47,572 nt of DNA, taken from assembly GCA_016210665.1 (NCBI GenBank), contig JACQTT010000078.1:1-47572 (forward strand), read 5' to 3'. Of this stretch, positions 8,247 through 16,696 are shown piece by piece (position 1 is the stretch's first letter; every line of letters starts with the position of its first letter). Made by a program: the position numbers and the translations under genes. The DNA comes from Chloroflexota bacterium (GTDB taxonomy: Bacteria > Chloroflexota > Dehalococcoidia > Lucifugimonadales > JACQTT01). Under the pieces are notes generated by a model. The model saw only the letters and a list, made by a program, of their open reading frames with translations, did no database searches and was not told the DNA's origin.

Positions 8247-8686
8247 CGCTGCTAGAGAAGGCCAGAACCGCTGGATTAAAGGTCTGGAGCCAAGGCGACA
8301 AATTGGTGATAAGGGGGCCGAAGGCAGCAGAGCCTCTGGCACTTAGGTTGATTGAGCGCAAACCTGAGATTATGGCGGCCCTGAGAAAGCCCCGGCTTAA
8401 AGAAGGCCCCCATCTGTGGCACGCCAAAGAGGTTGAAAGTTTGGTCCTGAAGGAGGGCTATTGCATCTTCTGGTCTGATTTGTTTCAAGAGCCAGTAGCG
8501 TTCATCTTAGATAAATCCTTCCGAAGCAAAGTGCCCGCCAACATTGTCTGCTATGATACGCAGGAAATCTCACTGTTGTTCCCAGGCGACGGGGGCGAGG
8601 TCAATGACCGCGGGCTTCGCCTGCTGCATCAGGCAAAGAAACATGGCGGCGGTCGAGTAACTGACGTCACGCGTCAAGAGGAGTAG
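8234..8686 (+). CDS. Hypothetical protein (150 aa)
   Basis: It overlaps the preceding gene by 13 nt, with GGAGAAGG just before the ATG. The N-terminus LLEKARTAGLKVWSQGDKLVIRGPKAAEPLALRLIERKPEIMAAL resembles a TubC_N-like docking motif seen in phage and element proteins (from recall, unverified). Confidence 0.6.
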   Translation: MDGVALLEKARTAGLKVWSQGDKLVIRGPKAAEPLALRLIERKPEIMAALRKPRLKEGPHLWHAKEVESLVLKEGYCIFWSDLFQEPVAFILDKSFRSKVPANIVCYDTQEISLLFPGDGGEVNDRGLRLLHQAKKHGGGRVTDVTRQEE

Positions 8687-8743
8687 TATTGGAGGTCATG
8701 TTCCTTGAGGGCGTTGACCATCCCACAGGAGGAGGTTTAACGA

Positions 8744-8947
8744 GTGAAGCGTGAAAATCGCCTGGGGGCCTGCCCCGCATGTGGGAGACGACGTCCAGGA
8801 CGGCCCAGGGCCGAAGTGCCTGTCCAAAACGTTTCGGACAGCCTAGCAAAAGGCATGACAGTGGCAGTGGTGGCGAGGAGATATGGAATATCGCGGGCCA
8901 GCGTGTACAGAGTACGGAATGCTTCTGTCATTCAGTTAACCTCTTAG
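8744..8947 (+). CDS. Small HTH DNA-binding protein with N-terminal CxxC
   Basis: 67 aa, GTG start, with CPACG followed by a resolvase/Hin-type HTH (MTVAVVARRYGISRASVYRVRN). It sits immediately upstream of the terS-like gene. Confidence 0.55.
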   Translation: MKRENRLGACPACGRRRPGRPRAEVPVQNVSDSLAKGMTVAVVARRYGISRASVYRVRNASVIQLTS

Positions 8948-9016
8948 CAGGCCAGAGTGCAAAGGAAACTAATACCGGACTTGATTTCGCACCGCTCCCT
9001 GTTCTATCCTGTTCCT

Positions 9017-9460
9017 ATGGCTGCTATCCAAAAAAAGTGGAAACCTCTTAACCCAAGCCAGCTAGAGTTCGCTCGCCTCTATTGCATCTCCGGTAACGCT
9101 TCCCAAGCTCATCGCCAAGCCTGGCCCCGCTCCAGATACTGGAAGGAAACCTCTCTCAATACTCGTGCCACTCGCTGCTTAGATAATGCTTTGATACAAG
9201 CGGAGATACAACGCCTCCAAGACTTAGCTACCGGTTCGACTATCGCTACCATCATAGAACGCAAGGCGCGACTTACAAAGATTCTCCGCAACACCGAAGA
9301 GGGGCCGTACCCCGTCTCGGCTGGGCTTAGCGCGTCTGACCAGTTGAACCGCATGGAACGAAAATATGGCGAACAGCCCCCAGCGGGAACCACCAACATA
9401 ACGGAAATTGTTATCAATGTGGTGAAGAGAGAGGACGAGGGACAGAGTAGGGCACGGTAG
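9017..9460 (+). CDS. terS: Phage terminase small subunit (Terminase_2-like)
   Basis: LNPSQLEFARLYCISGNASQAHRQAW...LNTRATRCLDNALIQAEIQRLQD matches the conserved N-terminal pattern of small terminase subunits (L-x-p-x-q-x-x-F-x-x-x-Y-x-x-x-gNa-x-qA). The ORF track starts at GTG 8957, but ATG 9017 is preferred. No clear SD precedes either start. Confidence 0.7.
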   Translation: MAAIQKKWKPLNPSQLEFARLYCISGNASQAHRQAWPRSRYWKETSLNTRATRCLDNALIQAEIQRLQDLATGSTIATIIERKARLTKILRNTEEGPYPVSAGLSASDQLNRMERKYGEQPPAGTTNITEIVINVVKREDEGQSRAR

Positions 9461-9694
9461 TGACCAAGTGTGTTCATGGCTCTGGCCTATGTTATGGTAG
9501 TTCGCTGGCGGTACTCACAACCTTGCAGTCAATGCCAAGCGCATCCTTGAAGTGATGTTCACCTCAGATGACCTTGCGCTCCTCATTCGGCCGAAGCCCT
9601 TGTGGGGCCAGCCTTGCCAGATGTTAAGGACAGCGAGCTGAGGTAGCGCTAGCAGAGAGAATGTACTTGATTCTTTCTTGGTAACTTATGGAAA

Positions 9695-9955
9695 TTATCG
9701 AACATCAACGTCAACTGTGTCCCGAACAGAGCCTACATCCACTTCCCCTTCAACCTTAACGGGGAGCAGGCGGCGTTTCGGATCCAGTTGGCCCTTCTTA
9801 AGCATATCAAGCATAAGTTGGTGTTGGGCTAGATTAGGCCCGTGAATCCACAGGCCCTCAGTGCGTATCTTTCTCAACTCAAGCAAGTTGGCCAGAAGCA
9901 GAGCCACTATTGCGACTGTAGCCAGCCCCAGCAGGGTCCGAAAGATAATGTTCAT
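9695..9955 (-). CDS. Small membrane-anchored protein (86 aa)
   Basis: It has an N-terminal TM helix (LLGLATVAIVALLLANLL) and is the last gene of the minus-strand cargo operon. No family was recognised. Confidence 0.45.
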   Translation of the reverse strand: MNIIFRTLLGLATVAIVALLLANLLELRKIRTEGLWIHGPNLAQHQLMLDMLKKGQLDPKRRLLPVKVEGEVDVGSVRDTVDVDVR

Positions 9956-10218
9956 GAATAACCCCCTTTACTATCGTCTAGTATAAGCCAGCGTCTGCCA
10001 GTATCGAGTTTCTATCGTCAAGCCCCGCAAGCTGCCAGGCTCCATACTCAGGAGCACCACATCCGAGAAGCAAGAGGACTATTAGTAAGGGCACAACTTA
10101 TGTGACTCATTCCTACCACCATAGCCTTCAAGGATTCGTGTTACCAGGTACACTTACCCCTTCCGCCACTTCTCCCCTCCCTGGTGCTTCTTTTCAGTTG
10201 AACTGGTGTTTAGTGAGG

Positions 10219-10749
10219 CTATCCATTGCATGCACACCCAGGCCCTACGTGACAAGTATAACTACGTGAGATGCAGGTGTCGCCACATGCTTTTCCTTTG
10301 ACACAAATCTTGCAACAGGACCTGGAGATTGTCGTGGGTGTGGGCAGACGAGTAGCTGTAGGTGTAGGCGATAGCCTGGGTATAGCGGTAGGTGTCAGTG
10401 TGGAGATTGGCGCTGACCTCGGTGTAGGAGTTAGTGTTGGAAGAGGGGTAACGGTGGGTGTGGGCAGAGGTGGCCTTGGCGTGTTGGTAGGCGTTGGTTT
10501 TGGTGGTACAGGCGTACTGGTCGCAGTCGGGGTAAGAGGCACCCCCATTAGGGTTTGTGTGGGCGTCGGCAGAGGCGTGGGCGTCAAGAGCGTGCGTAGG
10601 CGTACCCTCCCCACCGTAGGAGTAGCAGCGGCCGGTGGCAGAGGCGTGGCGGTGGAATATGAGGTATAGGTCGGCTGCATTGTGGTTTGAGTTAGCAAGC
10701 CGCACCCAGTCAATAGGAGCGCTAGACCCAGCGCAAGTGCCAATTTCAT
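10219..10749 (-). CDS. Lipoprotein with a Pro/Thr-rich linker and a Cys-rich C-terminal module
   Basis: A lipobox signal MKLALALGLALLLTGC is followed by ~120 aa of PT-rich low complexity. The C-terminus is SCCKICVKGKACGDTCISRSYTCHVGPGCACNG (9 Cys in 33 aa). This frame was chosen over two overlapping low-complexity ORFs because of the signal peptide. Confidence 0.65.
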   Translation of the reverse strand: MKLALALGLALLLTGCGLLTQTTMQPTYTSYSTATPLPPAAATPTVGRVRLRTLLTPTPLPTPTQTLMGVPLTPTATSTPVPPKPTPTNTPRPPLPTPTVTPLPTLTPTPRSAPISTLTPTAIPRLSPTPTATRLPTPTTISRSCCKICVKGKACGDTCISRSYTCHVGPGCACNG

Positions 10750-10770
10750 GTCGCACTCCCCTCTACAACA

Positions 10771-11268
10771 CTAAGGCTGACATGTCTGCCATAGACCACG
10801 TTTTGTCTCTCTAGCAGCACGCTCTAATTGCAGCAACGTTTGATAGAGGCTCGGATTATCTCCATAAGAGCGGGCGTAGGCATACCCTCCCCACACAAGG
10901 TCGCCATTGACGAAAGTGCCATCAACAAACACATATCGGAGTAGGCGGCCATAAGCGTCACGGTCGGGTCCGTCACGTAGTAGGCTTACCACCTTCCCCT
11001 CTACCAATGCCTTGTTGCGCTCGGAAGCCTCTGAGCCATAACACTGCACGGGCTTCTCAGGATGGACAGTTTCAGGCGTGTCTATTCCCAGGTAGCGCAC
11101 ACGCTCCCCATTCTCTAGCTCTACTGTGTCCCCGTCTATGACTCTCGCCACTGTCGCTACCTCAAAAGGCGTGAACGTAGCAGTCGACGTAGGCTTGGCC
11201 TGCCCTTGGCACCCAACTATCACCAGAGCACAAGGCAAGAATGTGACGAACCTAACGAGCGAGAACAA
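10771..11268 (-). CDS. Secreted thermonuclease (staphylococcal nuclease, SNase family)
   Basis: The signal/lipobox is LPCALVIVGC. SNase motifs are VIDGDTVEL...VRYLGIDTPE...YGSEASERNKALVEGK...DAYGRLLRYVFVDG...NGDLVWGGYA...RAARETKRGLW. Confidence 0.9.
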   Translation of the reverse strand: MFSLVRFVTFLPCALVIVGCQGQAKPTSTATFTPFEVATVARVIDGDTVELENGERVRYLGIDTPETVHPEKPVQCYGSEASERNKALVEGKVVSLLRDGPDRDAYGRLLRYVFVDGTFVNGDLVWGGYAYARSYGDNPSLYQTLLQLERAARETKRGLWQTCQP

Positions 11269-11683
11269 GTTGGCTCCCGGTCTTGGCGATTATCTCCGGC
11301 TTGCCCTGGTAGCTCTCAATGAGGCCCGTGGCGCATACTTGCTTCCCCTTGTAGTAGCTTTCAGGATTGCTAGGGAAGTTTCCCCTGTCGCTCTCCCATA
11401 TCAAGACTACGAATGTGTGATTGGGATAAGGTCGGTCGAAGTTCAAGAAAGTCGGTCTGCCTTTGCTACCTGTGGCGTATCGAGTGTCCACTACGGGGCC
11501 ACAAACCGTCGCTCGCTCCCCCATGTGGGCTGCTGCCTGAGTTGATGGTATGGCTGTTGAGGCCGCAGGTTCCGAGGGAACGGTTCGGGTCGGAGTAGAA
11601 GTCGGCATCTGGCCACACGCTGCCAAGACCAAGATGGAAACGGCGGCGAGGAATGGGAGAACGAGGAACGCTGTTGTTCGCAT
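11252..11683 (-). CDS. Lipoprotein with a probable OB-fold nucleic-acid-binding domain
   Basis: The preferred start is ATG 11683 (GAGG 7 nt upstream), which gives MRTTAFLVLPFLAAVSILVLAAC. The C-terminal domain is ATVCGPVVDTRY...RPTFLNFDRPYPNHTFVVLIW...YKGKQVCATGLIESYQGKPEI, a pattern I recall next to nucleases. It overlaps the SNase start by 17 nt. Confidence 0.6.
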   Translation of the reverse strand: MRTTAFLVLPFLAAVSILVLAACGQMPTSTPTRTVPSEPAASTAIPSTQAAAHMGERATVCGPVVDTRYATGSKGRPTFLNFDRPYPNHTFVVLIWESDRGNFPSNPESYYKGKQVCATGLIESYQGKPEIIAKTGSQLVLAR

Positions 11684-11904
11684 AGCAAGCCTCGTTTTTG
11701 CTTGTCCCTTTTCCGGCCAGACAAACTCTGTGCGGGGATGGACATCTTGAATGTCAGCCATAGCGTCCTCTGTTCCCTGTCGCTGTAGTAATAAAGCTAA
11801 AGAATTATATCAATATCTATCTATTATCGTCTAGTCTCGTCTGTATGTGTCTAGTTCCAGCAGCCCAGCTAATCTGAAAGCAAAAAGGGGCTAGGTACAT
11901 CAAC

Positions 11905-12096
11905 ATGGGGACTGAGAAAGATGCGGGGCAGAACACTGAGCGGGTCGTTCTTACTTTTCAGGAGGCCCAGGAGTTCCTGCGGGTAAGCCACCAGACCCTA
12001 TACAACCTGATGCGTCAGGGACTGCCTTCACATAAGATTGGCAAGAAGCGCATGTTCTTGAGAGAGGAGTTAATCCAGTGGATCAAGGAGCGGTAG
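11905..12096 (+). CDS. Excisionase-family helix-turn-helix protein (second copy in the element)
   Basis: 63 aa with LTFQEAQEFLRVSHQTLYNLMRQGLPSHKIGKKRMFLREELIQWIKE, a classic excisionase-family HTH. Confidence 0.75.
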   Translation: MGTEKDAGQNTERVVLTFQEAQEFLRVSHQTLYNLMRQGLPSHKIGKKRMFLREELIQWIKER

Positions 12097-12623
12097 CACT
12101 GGGGGCGCACGGTGCTGGCTCCTCGATGACCAGGGAGACATAACGATGTTATGTCTAGGCGGGCGAGGGAACCCCGACAGCATCCCGCAGAGGCATGGCT
12201 GGAGGGGTATTTTGCCCTATGGCCATAGGGCGAAGTACCGAAGCCCGCCGACCTGGACCCCTGCCAGCACGGTGCGTGGGAATGGCCTGGTTGGTGATCT
12301 CAGGGGGTTGGAAGCCCCCACTGTGGCCTGGGGTGGTGTTGGGAGTTGGCCTGTGGCCTCTGTGGGGCTTAGAGATGGCGTTAGGCGTGGGATCATTGGC
12401 GGGGCGAAATTCGGCGCTTCATAAATGGCCGAGAAGGGGCCTCTGGGGGTGTGGTGTGACCTGTAACACCCCCTATTCAGGCGTGGGGCTGGCTGGTATG
12501 TCATGCTTAGGCTTCCTTCTTGGCTTAGCGGGGTGCGCTCCTGAGTATGGCCAAGCTGTCCCGTTAGAGGAGTCGCTTTGTGATAGTATACTAAGCTGAG
12601 TTGTAGCTAATTCTGGCTTGCGG

Positions 12624-12646
12624 AATGGTCACGAAAATGGTCACGG
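12624..12646 (+). repeat. AATGGTCACGA-A-AATGGTCACGG; candidate arm-type integrase sites (right arm)
   Basis: This is the same 11-bp motif pair as at 3447..3468, in the same orientation, ending 105 nt before the attR core. Confidence 0.45.
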
Positions 12647-12751
12647 ACTATCTTATACCAGACTTGCATAACAATGCATAACTGGTCATTCTAGGCGTGG
12701 TAGTATAACATACTTATATATGAAAACACGTAGTTTATGGGTAACTTCAAA

Positions 12752-12796
12752 TTCGTAAACCGCAGGCCGTGGGTTCGAATCCCCCCGCTGGCTCCA
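12752..12796 (+). repeat. attR: displaced copy of the 3' half of tRNA-Thr
   Basis: 44 of 45 nt are identical to 3347..3391. There is no 5' tRNA half upstream, so this is not a tRNA gene. Confidence 0.85.
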
Positions 12797-12870
12797 CTTT
12801 CAAAGCTAAGAGATGCGCCAAAGTAGGACTGAGCGAGAACTCGACTATTACATGTGAGGCATACGAGCAC

Positions 12871-14826
12871 ATGACCGACACCAAGAGCACACCCAGGGGA
12901 GCGGGTCGGACGGTTCGGCATGGCGTTATCCCCCTAACAGACCAGGACCTTTATCTATTCAATGAGGGCAGCCATTTCCGGCTGTACGAGAAGCTCGGGG
13001 CACATGCTTATACTTGGCACGGTGAGGAAGGTACTTACTTTGCAGTATGGGCTCCCAACGCAGAGGCAGTCTACGTGATGGGCGATTTCAACGCCTGGGA
13101 CAGCAGGTCCCATCCGCTGCGGGCCCGGGGCCAGTCTGGCATCTGGGAAGGTTTCGTGACTGGCGTGGGGAACGGGATCATATACAAGTACCATCTGGTA
13201 TCCCGACACGGCGGCTACCATGTGGACAAGGCCGACCCCTTCGGTTTTTACCACGAGACGCCACCCAAAACGGCCTCCAGGGTGTGGGATCTCGATTATG
13301 ATTGGGGTGACCAGGAATGGATGCAAGAGCGCAGCCGCCACAATGCCTTGGACGCCCCTATATCTACGTACGAGGTACATCTGGGATCGTGGATGCGTGC
13401 GCCCGAGGAGGGCGACCGTTCCCTGACCTACCGTGAGTTGGCCCCGAGGCTAGCAGAGCACGTGAAGCGGATGGGCTTCACCCACGTGGAGTTCCTTCCA
13501 GTCATGGAGCACCCGTTCTACGGGTCATGGGGCTACCAGACCACGGGCTATTTCGCCCCAACCAGCCGCTACGGCAGTCCGCAGGACCTCATGTATCTCA
13601 TCGACTACTTGCACCAGCAAGGAATCGGCGTCCTCTTGGACTGGGTCCCATCTCACTTTCCTAACGATGAGCACGGCCTTGGTTACTTTGATGGAACCCA
13701 CCTTTACGAGCACGCGGACCCTCGGAAAGGGATCCATCCCGACTGGAACAGTTTAATCTTCAACTACGGGCGCCACGAGGTGCGTAGCTTTCTCATCAGC
13801 AGCGCCCTGTTCTGGCTGGACAAGTATCACGCAGATGGGCTACGTGTGGACGCGGTGGCCTCAATGCTCTATCTGGACTACTCCCGCCAACAAGGTGCCT
13901 GGATTCCCAACGAGCACGGAGGTCGTGAGAACTTGGATGCCATCTCTTTTCTGCGCAGCTTTAATGAGGAGGTTCTTAGAAGCTACCCAGATGTCCTGAC
14001 GATAGCCGAAGAGTCAACAGCCTGGCCTATGGTTTCTCGCCCAAGCTATGTAGGCGGTCTGGGGTTCGTCTTGAAATGGGACTTGGGATGGATGCACGAC
14101 ACCCTTCACTATATGGGACGCGATCCTATATACCGGACCTACCATCACAATCAGCTCACCTTCCGCATGATCTACGCATTCCACGAGAACTTCGTCCTTC
14201 CTCTTTCTCATGATGAGGTGGTGCACGGCAAGAGATCGCTCCTAGGGAACATGCCCGGAGACAACTGGCAGAAATTCGCCAACCTGCGGCTTTTGTACGG
14301 GTACATGTATGGGCAGCCAGCCAAGAAGCTTCTGTTTATGGGAGGGGAGTTCGGCCAATGGCAGGAGTGGAGCCACGATGCGAGCCTGGACTGGCACCTG
14401 GTACAGTACCAGCCGCATGCTGGACTCACGAGATGGCTGGAGGACCTTAACCGCCTCTACCGGAGCGAGCCCGCGCTCCATGAGTTGGACTTCGATCCCA
14501 GAGGCTTCGAGTGGGTGGATGCCAACGACTCCCAGAACAGCGTTCTCACCTTCCTGCGGCGGGGCCTCTCAACTCATGACGTGATCCTTGTCGTCTGCAA
14601 CTTCACGCCTGTGCAGCGACCGAACTACCGGGTGGGGGTACCCAGCAGCGGCTTTTGGCGAGAGGTTCTCAACGGCGACGCCACTGAGTATTTCGGCAGT
14701 GGCCAGGGAAGCCTCGGTGAAGTTGAAGCCGTCCCAGCACCATGGCATGGGCAACCCTTCTCTTTAACAATTACCTTGCCGCCCCTGGCAGTGGTGTTTT
14801 TCAAGAGCACAAGCGGGAACGAATAA
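12871..14826 (+). CDS. glgB: 1,4-alpha-glucan branching enzyme
   Basis: GH13 branching-enzyme motifs: [76 protein letters not shown]. The ORF-track start at 12769 reads through the attR tRNA fragment. ATG 12871 is preferred. Confidence 0.95.
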   Translation: MTDTKSTPRGAGRTVRHGVIPLTDQDLYLFNEGSHFRLYEKLGAHAYTWHGEEGTYFAVWAPNAEAVYVMGDFNAWDSRSHPLRARGQSGIWEGFVTGVGNGIIYKYHLVSRHGGYHVDKADPFGFYHETPPKTASRVWDLDYDWGDQEWMQERSRHNALDAPISTYEVHLGSWMRAPEEGDRSLTYRELAPRLAEHVKRMGFTHVEFLPVMEHPFYGSWGYQTTGYFAPTSRYGSPQDLMYLIDYLHQQGIGVLLDWVPSHFPNDEHGLGYFDGTHLYEHADPRKGIHPDWNSLIFNYGRHEVRSFLISSALFWLDKYHADGLRVDAVASMLYLDYSRQQGAWIPNEHGGRENLDAISFLRSFNEEVLRSYPDVLTIAEESTAWPMVSRPSYVGGLGFVLKWDLGWMHDTLHYMGRDPIYRTYHHNQLTFRMIYAFHENFVLPLSHDEVVHGKRSLLGNMPGDNWQKFANLRLLYGYMYGQPAKKLLFMGGEFGQWQEWSHDASLDWHLVQYQPHAGLTRWLEDLNRLYRSEPALHELDFDPRGFEWVDANDSQNSVLTFLRRGLSTHDVILVVCNFTPVQRPNYRVGVPSSGFWREVLNGDATEYFGSGQGSLGEVEAVPAPWHGQPFSLTITLPPLAVVFFKSTSGNE

Positions 14827-14984
14827 GCCGCGATGTATGTTTGGCCTGGAGCAGCCATGTCTGCTCACTGCTAGTCTGAAGAGGCCGGGTTGCAGCAAGG
14901 TCCGGCTACCTCCGCCAGTCCTTACCGTGATGCTCCGACAGCACACAAACACACCAACACTAATGCATTTGCACCTATTAAGGA

Positions 14985-15013
14985 TTGACGCTTAGCAGAC
15001 TCCACGATATGAT
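14985..15013 (+). promoter_or_regulatory. Sigma70-like promoter TTGACG-17-TATGAT for the signalling operon
   Basis: The -35 is at 14985..14990 and the -10 at 15008..15013, with a 17-nt spacer. GAGGAGGG (RBS) and ATG 15038 follow. Confidence 0.45.
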
Positions 15014-15037
15014 TGGCCGTATGAGGAGGGCAAGCAG

Positions 15038-16696
15038 ATGGCCAAGCCAGTAATCGTTGCTGTTGATGATGACCGCACGGTGCTGAATGCTGTCGAGCGA
15101 GATCTACGGCAAAAATACGGCCGCGAATACCGCATAGTGAAAGCAGACTCCGGCGCAGCGACGCTAGAGGTCCTAAGACAGCTCCAGCAACGCAACGAGA
15201 CCGTGGCGCTGCTCGTTGTTGACCAGCGTATGCCCCAGATGACTGGCGTGCAGCTTCTCGAAGAGGCCAGAGCCGTCTACCCCGAGGCGAAGAAGGTATT
15301 GCTGACCGCCTACGCAGACACTGAGGCAGCCATCAACTCCATTAACCGGGTGGGTCTGGACTACTATTTGATGAAGCCCTGGGACCCACCAGAAGAGCAC
15401 CTTTATCCGGTGCTCGATGACTTGCTGGAGGAATGGAAAGCCAACATTCGAATGCCCTTTGAGGGCATACGTGTAGCCGGAGCCCTCTGGTCGCCTCAAT
15501 CCCACGTGGTCAAGGACTTTTTGGCACGGCACCTGATCCCTTATCAGTGGCTCGATGTGGATAAGGATGCGAAAGCCTCTGCCATGGTGGATGGCCGCAG
15601 CCAAGGTTCAATCGGCTTGCCCACTATCTATTTTCCTGACGGCACAGTCATGGTCGAACCCTCCCTTCGAGAGCTGGCCGATAAGGTTGGCATGCAGACA
15701 CAGGCTTCGTCGCCCTTCTATGACCTTATTATCGTTGGGGCCGGTCCAGCAGGTCTGGCCGCAGCAGTATATGGAGCCTCTGAAGGCTCACGAGTTCTTG
15801 TAATAGAACGTCATGCCCCCGGCGGCCAGGCCGGCAACAGTCCGAAGATCGAAAACTATCTGGGCTTCCCCCAGGGACTATCGGGAATGGACCTGGCACG
15901 GCGCGCCATTTCCCAGGCCAGGAAGTTCGGAGCAGAGATCCTTTCAGCCCAAGAGGCCATGCGGGTGCGATGCCAAGACCAGTATCGCGTAGTCACTCTA
16001 TCTGACGGCTCGGAGGTCTCATCCCATGCTATGCTGCTCTCCACTGGAGCGGCCTTCAGGCGGCTGGAAGCGCCGGGAGTGGCAAAGCTGACGGGAGCAG
16101 GCGTTTATTATGGTGCAGCCTATACAGAAGCGCTGTATTACAAAGACCAGCCTGTCTTCGTCGTCGGAGGCGCCAATTCGGCCGGACAGGGAGCCATGTT
16201 CTTAAGCCGCTTTGCCAGCAAGGTAACCATGCTGATTCGTGGGCCAGAACAGCACTCCTCCCGGTATCTGGTGGACTCTCTGTCCCACAACGAAAAGATA
16301 GTGAGACTCCTCAACACGGAAACTGTGGAGGTTCATGGCCAGCCAGGCAAATTGCAAGAGGTTGTCGTCCGAAACAGCCTGGCAGGACGCGTGGAGACTC
16401 TTCCCGGCGCAGCTATGTTCATCTTCATCGGGGCACAACCTCAAAGTAATCTGGTAAGAGACCTAGTGTTGTGCGATGAAAAAGGGTATATCCTAACCGG
16501 CCCAGACCTCCTTCGAGATGGCAAACGCCCCAAAGGCTGGCCCCTAGACCGCGACCCGCTGATGCTGGAAACCAGCGTTCCTGGCATATTCGCGGCGGGC
16601 GATGTGCGCCTAGGCACCAATCACCGGGTAGCCTCGGCGACGGGCGAAGGTGGCATTGCCATCGCCGCCATACAGGAGTACTTGAAAACCCTATGA
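15038..16696 (+). CDS. Fused response regulator / thioredoxin-reductase-like flavoprotein (no redox CxxC)
   Basis: The REC domain has DDD at 10-12, VVDQRMPQMTG, LLTAY and MKPW. A thioredoxin-fold-like middle segment has no CxxC. The FAD/NAD(P) domain has DLIIVGAGPAGLAAAVYG, VVGGANSAGQGAMFL and GIFAAGDV. The canonical CAxC position reads GAAYTEA. Confidence 0.9.
   Translation: MAKPVIVAVDDDRTVLNAVERDLRQKYGREYRIVKADSGAATLEVLRQLQQRNETVALLVVDQRMPQMTGVQLLEEARAVYPEAKKVLLTAYADTEAAINSINRVGLDYYLMKPWDPPEEHLYPVLDDLLEEWKANIRMPFEGIRVAGALWSPQSHVVKDFLARHLIPYQWLDVDKDAKASAMVDGRSQGSIGLPTIYFPDGTVMVEPSLRELADKVGMQTQASSPFYDLIIVGAGPAGLAAAVYGASEGSRVLVIERHAPGGQAGNSPKIENYLGFPQGLSGMDLARRAISQARKFGAEILSAQEAMRVRCQDQYRVVTLSDGSEVSSHAMLLSTGAAFRRLEAPGVAKLTGAGVYYGAAYTEALYYKDQPVFVVGGANSAGQGAMFLSRFASKVTMLIRGPEQHSSRYLVDSLSHNEKIVRLLNTETVEVHGQPGKLQEVVVRNSLAGRVETLPGAAMFIFIGAQPQSNLVRDLVLCDEKGYILTGPDLLRDGKRPKGWPLDRDPLMLETSVPGIFAAGDVRLGTNHRVASATGEGGIAIAAIQEYLKTL

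Larger units (their letters stand above)
3347..12796. mobile_element. Integrated element (~9.4 kb) at tRNA-Thr; phage-satellite / PICI-like integrative element
   Basis: The element is bounded by the 45-bp tRNA-derived direct repeats, with a tyrosine integrase next to attL. Inside are two excisionase-family HTH genes, a primase/P-loop replication gene, an HTH gene plus a small terminase subunit, and cargo genes. No capsid, portal or large terminase gene is present. Confidence 0.75.

Noticed and set aside
10262-10756. Alternative frames across the Pro/Thr-rich gene (10262..10756 minus and 10271..10669 plus)
   Set aside because: Low-complexity repeat DNA stays open in several frames. Only the 10219..10749 frame has a lipoprotein signal peptide and a structured C-terminus.
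12146-12599. ORFs 12146..12424, 12195..12599 (+) and 12217..12504 (-)
   Set aside because: They overlap one another in a G-rich stretch, give W/G/R/P-rich translations, and have no RBS and no recognisable motif. The stretch is treated as non-coding element DNA.
12769-12870. N-terminal 34-codon extension of glgB in the ORF track (GTG 12769)
   Set aside because: The extension reads through the attR tRNA-Thr fragment (MGSNPPAGS is translated tRNA sequence). ATG 12871 gives a normal GlgB N-terminus.
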